Assembly: GCA_001189215.1 (NCBI GenBank)
Contig: LFCR01000005.1
Coordinates: forward strand, 1-32,854
Source: Parcubacteria bacterium C7867-008
Lineage (GTDB): Bacteria > Patescibacteriota > Minisyncoccia > Phycocordibacterales > Phycocordibacteraceae
Direction of reading: 5' to 3'
DNA: 32,854 nt
The notes under the pieces are model-generated. The model saw only the letters and a program-made list of their open reading frames with translations. It was not told the DNA's origin and did not search any database. Position numbers and translations under genes: made by a program. Shown here one piece after another: positions 27,402-32,854 of this stretch; the stretch's first letter is position 1; the number at the start of each line of letters is the position of its first letter.

Positions 27402-28085
27402 TCAAGGTGCAATAATCACGACAAATTCTCCTCGAACTTCTTTCTGGTGGGTAGCGAAGTATTCCTTCACTTCTTCGGCAGATCCACGAACCACTGATTC
27501 AAACAGTTTGGTTAGTTCACGAAGTACCACAACAGTTCGTTCCCCACCCAATACAGCCGTTAGCTCATCAAGTGCCTTCTCGATACGGTGCGTTGATTCA
27601 TAGAAAATGATGGTTCTGTCGCTCTCTGCCACCTCTTTCATTAACGTCTGTCGTCCTTTTTTGTGTGGGAGGAAACCAAGGAATACGAACTGGTCTGTGG
27701 GGACTCCAGCAATAGAGAGAGCGGCAGTTACTGCAGATGGACCCGGGATGGCTTCAATGCGAACATCATCACCGAGCTTTGCTCGGACCTCAGCCACAAG
27801 TGCGGTACCGGGGTCTGATATACCAGGGGTGCCAGCATCAGTAACCAGAGCGATATGTTTCCCTTCCCCGAGCATTGTAAGGATACGGGTAGCAGCGAGA
27901 CGACCACTCTGTGCGTGATACACCAGAAGCGGCTTACTTATCTCGTAGCGTGTGAGGAGCTTTGCGGTCACACGAGTGTCCTCACAAGCAATGGCATCCG
28001 CCTGTTTGAGCGTATCGAGAGCACGTAGGGTGATATCCCCTAAATTTCCTATGGGAGTTGCGACGACGGAAAGCGTGCCATTCAT
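27402..28085 (-). CDS. rsmI: 16S rRNA (cytidine1402-2'-O)-methyltransferase RsmI
   Basis: VVATPIGNLGDITLRA, CEDTR, DAGTPGISDPG, FYESTHR, RELTK and RGEFV. Confidence 0.97.
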   Translation of the reverse strand: MNGTLSVVATPIGNLGDITLRALDTLKQADAIACEDTRVTAKLLTRYEISKPLLVYHAQSGRLAATRILTMLGEGKHIALVTDAGTPGISDPGTALVAEVRAKLGDDVRIEAIPGPSAVTAALSIAGVPTDQFVFLGFLPHKKGRQTLMKEVAESDRTIIFYESTHRIEKALDELTAVLGGERTVVVLRELTKLFESVVRGSAEEVKEYFATHQKEVRGEFVVIIAP

Positions 28086-28114
28086 ATATAGGACTGTATC
28101 AGTTTCAGTCTAAA

Positions 28115-28143
28115 TTGACGATACCTTCCAAAAATAGTATGGT
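28115..28143 (+). promoter_or_regulatory. Sigma70-like promoter
   Basis: TTGACG-N17-TATGGT upstream of the 28177 gene. Confidence 0.6.
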
Positions 28144-28176
28144 GCAGTCTGACATTTTGTTCCTGGGGGTATTCGT

Positions 28177-29067
28177 ATGAACGCACTTGCGCCACTCATG
28201 GCTGCACAAGAGCCTTTACAGGCAAAAGTGGCCTATGATGGGGTGCGCGTTACTGGCGTATGCATCCCACCAAGCCTTGAAGATCTAGCCTACAACGGCC
28301 CGACACACTTCGTGAACGGTAACCCAGACTATGTGGGACGGAGGACGGAGGAACTTAGGGAACACGGTGTGACCACTGCTTTGGCACTGAACGTGACCAA
28401 ATCAACCACACGCATCCTGAACCCCGAACTTCTAACCACTAGCGTGTTGCTGAGTTACGGAATCGAGCTTCGAGCGAATCCATCAGAAGAGGCGGACCTT
28501 CTTCCCATGGACCCCGCTGCCAACACCACGTTCTACATGCGGACAGGTGGTTGCGGCGCACTCATCATGATTGCCGATGGAGTATGTCTGGTGGGACACT
28601 TGTCCCGCTGGAACTGCTTTGATCACGAACTCATCAACAGAAATATTAAGAGCCGTGACCATCAGGGCCTGATACATGCGGGGGTCGCATACTTCGATCA
28701 GCTTGGTATTGATCGTTCGAAGATACAGGTGTACCTCTTCTTCCCGATCAGTGCTGAGTCCTTCTCGCACAGCGCAAACACTAAGGATAGGTCGGCCAGG
28801 CGTTTTGCATTGAAGTTTCGGAAACATATCTATTCGTTGGGATACGGCGAACGGGTGTTGACCCGTAAGAAGGGTAACTTCAGCTTTGAGAAGTATGTCT
28901 CGGAAACCTGCAAGAAACTGGGTCTTCGGCCATCAAAGTGTGTCTGCACACTCCCGAATGAAGGGGAATTTGCAGTTACACGGCACAGTGACCCGCGACT
29001 GGCTAATTCCCGCAACACTGTCCTGATTACCATTAGCTACACACCGAAAAGAGCCCGCAAGGGTTAA
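28177..29067 (+). CDS. Highly divergent YfiH/PgeF (laccase-domain, Cu-oxidase_4)-like protein
   Basis: EADLL...MRTGGC...VGHLSR aligns by eye with YfiH ADA...TADC...AHAGW; FFPISAESF with GPSI...YEV; CT...F..TR...RN with CT...FFSYR...GR. Confidence 0.55.
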   Translation: MNALAPLMAAQEPLQAKVAYDGVRVTGVCIPPSLEDLAYNGPTHFVNGNPDYVGRRTEELREHGVTTALALNVTKSTTRILNPELLTTSVLLSYGIELRANPSEEADLLPMDPAANTTFYMRTGGCGALIMIADGVCLVGHLSRWNCFDHELINRNIKSRDHQGLIHAGVAYFDQLGIDRSKIQVYLFFPISAESFSHSANTKDRSARRFALKFRKHIYSLGYGERVLTRKKGNFSFEKYVSETCKKLGLRPSKCVCTLPNEGEFAVTRHSDPRLANSRNTVLITISYTPKRARKG

Positions 29068-29099
29068 CTGGCCGGCCCTTCGGGGTCGGCAGTTTCTTT
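29066..29099 (+). terminator. Intrinsic terminator
   Basis: GCCGGCCC-TTCG-GGGTCGGC (cUUCGg tetraloop) followed by AGTTTCTTT. Confidence 0.75.
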
Positions 29100-29115
29100 G
29101 CTACGATAGAACCAT

Positions 29116-30543
29116 ATGGAGGAACCTCGTCATGCACACGTTATTGGTCTTTGCGGGGTCGGAATGAGTGGTGTTGCCTTACTACTCAAAGAATCCGGCT
29201 GGAGCGTAACTGGCTCAGATGCTGAGTGTTACGGACCTCCTCGTGAGATCTTAAAGCGTGGTGGTCTAGATTCTGTCCTCACTCTTTCATACAGCCCTTC
29301 CAACATTCCAGATCATGTTGATCTGTTCATGATCGGTCGCAACGCAAAACTCTCTCCAACTGAGAATCCAGAAGTACAAGCGGCACATGAGACCGGCGTA
29401 AAGATACAATCATTCCCTGAAGTACTCGGGGACCTTACAAGAGAGCGTGCAAATGTAGTAGTTGCAGGTAGTTACGGAAAGTCCACCACCACAAGCCTTA
29501 TCGCACATATTCTTCGTCATGCCGGTGTTGATGCAGGATATTTCATTGGTGCAGAACCAGTACCTACAGATGCACTCCCCCTTCCCGCTAAACTAGGTAG
29601 CGCAGAAAACTTTGTACTCGAGGGTGATGAGTATCCAAGTGCACATGATGATGCACGTGCGAAGTTTCTTCACTTACATCCCAAGGATCTCGTACTCACC
29701 TCGGTCGTACATGACCACGTGAATGTGTATCCAACATTCGAGAGCTATCAGGCTCCTTTCCAAGAACTCCTCTCCCTCGTACCAGAAGACGGAATTGTGG
29801 TGACATGTGCAGATGAAGCAGGTGCTCGAGAAATGGCAGAAGCGTCGGGAAAGAAGGTTGTTCTCTACGGTCTCAATGATGGTATCTATCGTGCTACAGA
29901 AATTAGCTATGGAGAACGAACAACATTCTCACTCCTCAAGGATGAACAGGTTCTTGTTCAGATGGAGACTGGTCTACTAGGTCGTCACAACGTCGAGGAT
30001 ATAGTTGCAGCAAGTGCGTATGTACTTGCTCGTAACCTTGTTAGCCCCGAAGCTCTTTCTGCGGCAATTGCTGCATTCCCTGGTGTACGACGTCGTTTAG
30101 ATAACATTGCACCAACTTCAACGGTTCCTGTCTTTGAAGGATTCGGGTCATCCTTTGAGAAAGCTCGCGCTGCAATAGACGCTATTCGTTTACACTTCCC
30201 CACTAGACAGCTTGTAATAATGTTTGAGCCACACACTTTTGGATGGAGGAACCGTGCAAACCTTCCTTGGTATGACTCCGTATTTGAGGGTGCCAGTGTA
30301 GTATTCCTTGCAGCTCCCGCGCTTCAGGGTGCAAACACCCATGATCAGCTTTCCTATGATGAGATTGCAGAGCGTATTCAGGATACTGGCATTCGTGTAG
30401 AGCCATATGAAGATGATTCTGTTGGAACAGTGGTCGGTAAGGTAAGTGATTCAGATGTCGTACTTCTTCTCACCTCAGGAGACTTCGAAGGTACTCTGGA
30501 TTCACTCGCAAAGATGATCGCACTGCGATTCCCTACCAACTAG
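29116..30543 (+). CDS. Mur ligase of the Mpl/MurC type, with atypical C-terminal substrate motif
   Basis: IGLCGVGMSG, TGSD..CYGP, VAGSYGKSTT P-loop, LEGDEY, KFLH, GRHN, GVRRRL and FEPH. Confidence 0.88.
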   Translation: MEEPRHAHVIGLCGVGMSGVALLLKESGWSVTGSDAECYGPPREILKRGGLDSVLTLSYSPSNIPDHVDLFMIGRNAKLSPTENPEVQAAHETGVKIQSFPEVLGDLTRERANVVVAGSYGKSTTTSLIAHILRHAGVDAGYFIGAEPVPTDALPLPAKLGSAENFVLEGDEYPSAHDDARAKFLHLHPKDLVLTSVVHDHVNVYPTFESYQAPFQELLSLVPEDGIVVTCADEAGAREMAEASGKKVVLYGLNDGIYRATEISYGERTTFSLLKDEQVLVQMETGLLGRHNVEDIVAASAYVLARNLVSPEALSAAIAAFPGVRRRLDNIAPTSTVPVFEGFGSSFEKARAAIDAIRLHFPTRQLVIMFEPHTFGWRNRANLPWYDSVFEGASVVFLAAPALQGANTHDQLSYDEIAERIQDTGIRVEPYEDDSVGTVVGKVSDSDVVLLLTSGDFEGTLDSLAKMIALRFPTN

Positions 30544-30544
30544 C

Positions 30545-31249
30545 ATGCGTCTGCGTTTCGCTGAATTTGGGCACGAATACGATTCATACTCTTTCGGATA
30601 TACGGTTCATGGTGAGCGTGAGGAAAGCGACGCGTTACAGGATATATACGCACAAGGACTGCTTCCGTATTCAGCGGTTGGGATTGATCCCAACTTGTTC
30701 TATATGAGCAGAAGTGTGCGAGTAGCCGTAGCAGCGCATGAACCATCAAGTGAGAATCGTCGTATCCTGCGTAAATTTGATACTCAGTTCACACAGACCT
30801 ACCTAGAAGGTAACGAGCTCCGAACATCTGAATCATTCCGTAGTCTCATGCTCACCTATTTCGCAGAACGGCACGGTGCACAGGTGATGCCCGCTGAGCG
30901 ACTTGAACAGATACTTACTCGGGGCATTCCCCTTCGTGCTGCAGAGTATCGTCATAGTGATACTCCTATTGCATACGTACTTGAGGTTGCTGAGGGCCCG
31001 TTCCTCCACTATTGGTATTCCTGCTATGATCTCTCCCATGCAAACGGATCACTGGGCATGTGGTTGATGTTGGATGCTATACGTCGTGCACAACAAGAAC
31101 AGCGAGACTATGTGTATCTCGGTACTGCGTATGGAGAGAAAGGCCGCTACAAAACAAACATTGCTCCGTTAGAGCATTGGAATGGAAATGAGTGGGACGC
31201 TGATGCGCGCCGTTTGTCTGAGTTGATGAAAAAGGATTCGGGCAGCTAG
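30545..31249 (+). CDS. ATE/Bpt-like aminoacyl-tRNA-dependent transferase (GNAT fold)
   Basis: SRSVRV...SSENRRILRK, HYWYSCYD...SLGMWLML and YVYLG..Y.....YK match the arginyl-tRNA-protein transferase C-domain pattern. Confidence 0.72.
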   Translation: MRLRFAEFGHEYDSYSFGYTVHGEREESDALQDIYAQGLLPYSAVGIDPNLFYMSRSVRVAVAAHEPSSENRRILRKFDTQFTQTYLEGNELRTSESFRSLMLTYFAERHGAQVMPAERLEQILTRGIPLRAAEYRHSDTPIAYVLEVAEGPFLHYWYSCYDLSHANGSLGMWLMLDAIRRAQQEQRDYVYLGTAYGEKGRYKTNIAPLEHWNGNEWDADARRLSELMKKDSGS

Positions 31250-31746
31250 CAACCTTCAGTTATTACCTCATCCATGTGCGCAAGTGGTAACGGACTCTTC
31301 TTTACCACAACAACTTGATACGGACTTGTTATTGCGTTATTCGTTACACACCCTTCACCCGGGACGATACGGGTGATGTGCACCATACGCGACCCAGCTT
31401 CTTCAGTTATATGCGATACCTCAATGCGATACCCACCCGATGTGTGTGTTCCATCAAATACTGCGAGCACCTCATTCTTACTAAAATCAACGCCTGGGGC
31501 GCTGCCAGGAGTAACATCAAGATAGCCCCATAACTCACTTAGTTTTTGCGGATTCTCAATACGATAGTTCACTCGTTGATCAACCGTAAGCGCATCAGTG
31601 CCGTCTTTTAGAATACGGAATGAGACATCTTTTGGAGTACCGAATCCTGCTGCCGTACGAAATGATTCAGGTCCAAAGAAAAAGAGTCCTGCGCCGATCA
31701 CAATTGCAGCAATGATCATTCCTAGGACCACATACGAATCTTTCAT
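31246..31746 (-). CDS. Membrane-anchored PrcB C-terminal domain protein
   Basis: N-terminal TM; VDFSKNEVLAVFDG..TSGGY.IEV and ITSPY motifs. Confidence 0.8.
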   Translation of the reverse strand: MKDSYVVLGMIIAAIVIGAGLFFFGPESFRTAAGFGTPKDVSFRILKDGTDALTVDQRVNYRIENPQKLSELWGYLDVTPGSAPGVDFSKNEVLAVFDGTHTSGGYRIEVSHITEEAGSRMVHITRIVPGEGCVTNNAITSPYQVVVVKKSPLPLAHMDEVITEGC

Positions 31747-31782
31747 TACAGAAAGTATACCGCACCACTCCTACACAAACAG

Positions 31783-31817
31783 AACGTCCACCGCATCGAA
31801 TCGACGCGGTGGACATT
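31783..31817 (-). terminator. Intrinsic terminator after the YdcF-like gene
   Basis: Minus strand AATGTCCACCGCGTCG-att-CGATGCGGTGGACGTT (two G-U pairs) followed by CTGTTTG. Confidence 0.7.
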
Positions 31818-31839
31818 GTTCAGATAGAAAGGGTTGAAC

Positions 31840-32400
31840 CTAGGCGAAGACGTTCCTGTTCCGGATGCTCTTCGGCCAGGCACCGATATATTCACCGGCA
31901 ACGTTGTACCAAAGTCTCCAGCTAAAGATGCTAAATGACGGCGCGAAGATCCTCCGGATCGTTGTACGCTCACGCAAGTTTGGATCGAGACGAACCTTCA
32001 ACAACCTGCCTGCACGAGGTGCATGCCACCAGCTTGCAGCGACGTACACCTCGAACGTGTCTTCCGGGGATTGTTGTAAATGGTCGCGCATGAAACGAGC
32101 GAGCGCTGTCATTTCTCCGTTGGTGTCGAAATCTTCAGCTACGGGCGAGTAGATCTGGTTGTGATCGATATAGCAGTACCGATTAACGTGTCTGCGCATA
32201 ATATCTGCACCCATGACGACCCCAAAGTCCTCAGATTTACCGGCGGTTACCACCACTGCTTTAGTTCCACGCACGTCACAGGTCTTGAAACGCTTTGCAG
32301 CGCTGCTGCACACGCGAGCTGTATCGAACCCAACAACCACCTTCCCGTGCTCGTCTTTGCGGAGGTCACGAGCCGTGACCATAAAGAGAACATGATGCAC
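31840..32400 (-). CDS. Divergent YdcF/ElyC/SanA (DUF218)-like protein
   Basis: VVTAG, MGADIMRR, DTNGE and ASWWHAPRA (compare TxxN and TS.YH..RA); strong AGGAGGTG SD before the GTG start. Confidence 0.6.
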   Translation of the reverse strand: MHHVLFMVTARDLRKDEHGKVVVGFDTARVCSSAAKRFKTCDVRGTKAVVVTAGKSEDFGVVMGADIMRRHVNRYCYIDHNQIYSPVAEDFDTNGEMTALARFMRDHLQQSPEDTFEVYVAASWWHAPRAGRLLKVRLDPNLRERTTIRRIFAPSFSIFSWRLWYNVAGEYIGAWPKSIRNRNVFA

Positions 32401-32454
32401 TCGGCACCTCCTTTCCTATCTGAATGTGAACGAACACTGCTTTGAGCTAAATGG

Positions 32455-32483
32455 AAAATACTATTAGAAATAGGTATTGTCAA
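32455..32483 (-). promoter_or_regulatory. Sigma70-like promoter
   Basis: TTGACA-N17-TATTTT upstream of the 32400 gene. Confidence 0.6.
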
Positions 32484-32495
32484 TTGAAGCAAATT

Positions 32496-32528
32496 AGAAA
32501 AGCCACATCAGGATGATGTGGCTTTTCT
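32496..32528 (-). terminator. Terminator downstream of the tRNA
   Basis: 15-bp perfect inverted repeat AGAAAAGCCACATCA-gga-TGATGTGGCTTTTCT, 3 bp from the tRNA CCA end. Confidence 0.8.
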
Positions 32529-32531
32529 CTC

Positions 32532-32607
32532 TGGTGCAAGCGGAAAGATTCGAACTTTCGACCGCCCGAGTATCAGTCGGGTGCTCTACCAACTGAGCTA
32601 CGCTTGC
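32532..32607 (-). tRNA. tRNA-Ile (anticodon GAU)
   Basis: 76-nt cloverleaf: GCAAGCG/CGCTTGC acceptor stem, GCTC/GAGC D-arm, CCCGA-CTGATAC-TCGGG anticodon arm, GAAAG-TTCGAAT-CTTTC T-arm and encoded CCA. Confidence 0.95.
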
Positions 32608-32678
32608 GTATTGGTATCTATCGCACGTGAAGGGATAGTATCAGAATTCCTTATTTCGTTCCAGTTCTAGTCCTTCAA

Positions 32679-32738
32679 TACAAAAACCCAGTATGAAGGT
32701 ATCTTCCGAGGAAAATACCTTCATACTGGGTTTTTGTA
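32679..32738. repeat. 24-bp perfect inverted repeat (long hairpin, terminator-like in both directions)
   Basis: TACAAAAACCCAGTATGAAGGTAT-N12-ATACCTTCATACTGGGTTTTTGTA. Confidence 0.8.
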
Positions 32739-32854
32739 GTACTTAAATATCTAGTTGAGTGGAGCAAGAACACGTACTCTTGTGTTCCGCCTATTCAGAG
32801 TGTTAGAAGCTCAATTGATACTTCCAACACCCACCGGTGCGTTTTTCCGGCGTC

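Noticed and set aside
31840-32607. tRNA-anchored genomic island
   Set aside because: I found no duplicated tRNA 3' end and no integrase in the window.
32751-32854. 3' end of a gene entering from the right edge
   Set aside because: Only 13-19 codons are visible in each minus-strand frame, so frame and identity cannot be determined.

Overview
Chromosomal, non-mobile window in genetic code 11 (TGA is used as a stop, e.g. the ATGA overlap at 6570-6573). Gene content and style suggest a Patescibacteria/CPR genome of the Parcubacteria type; this is inferred from the TM-less TraD/VirD4-like ATPase, the TPR-fused O-antigen-ligase-like protein and the lack of Shine-Dalgarno (SD) sites. About 1.2-23.8 kb is a mostly minus-strand surface-glycan locus adjacent to murB. 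It encodes a Wzy_C/O-oligosaccharyltransferase-like protein, a Wzx flippase, six full-length GT4s plus a divergent GT-B, one GT9, gmd, a DegT/perosamine-type aminotransferase, a cupin, an NDP-sugar C-methyltransferase, three further SAM methyltransferases and an epimerase. A GT-N-domain/kinase pair, a small alarmone hydrolase and an orphan cupin interrupt it. The right part carries the ATPase, rsmI, a divergent YfiH/PgeF-like gene, an Mpl-like ligase coupled to an ATE/Bpt-like aminoacyl-tRNA transferase, a PrcB-C protein, a divergent YdcF-like gene and tRNA-Ile(GAU). The best candidate for an undescribed system is the Mpl-like ligase with a rewired substrate motif plus the tRNA-dependent transferase. 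Also notable are a probable branched C-methyl-amino-sugar pathway, apparently leaderless promoters, and self-contained cassette genes, two of which share a promoter motif. All family calls come from motif recognition by eye; no searches were run.
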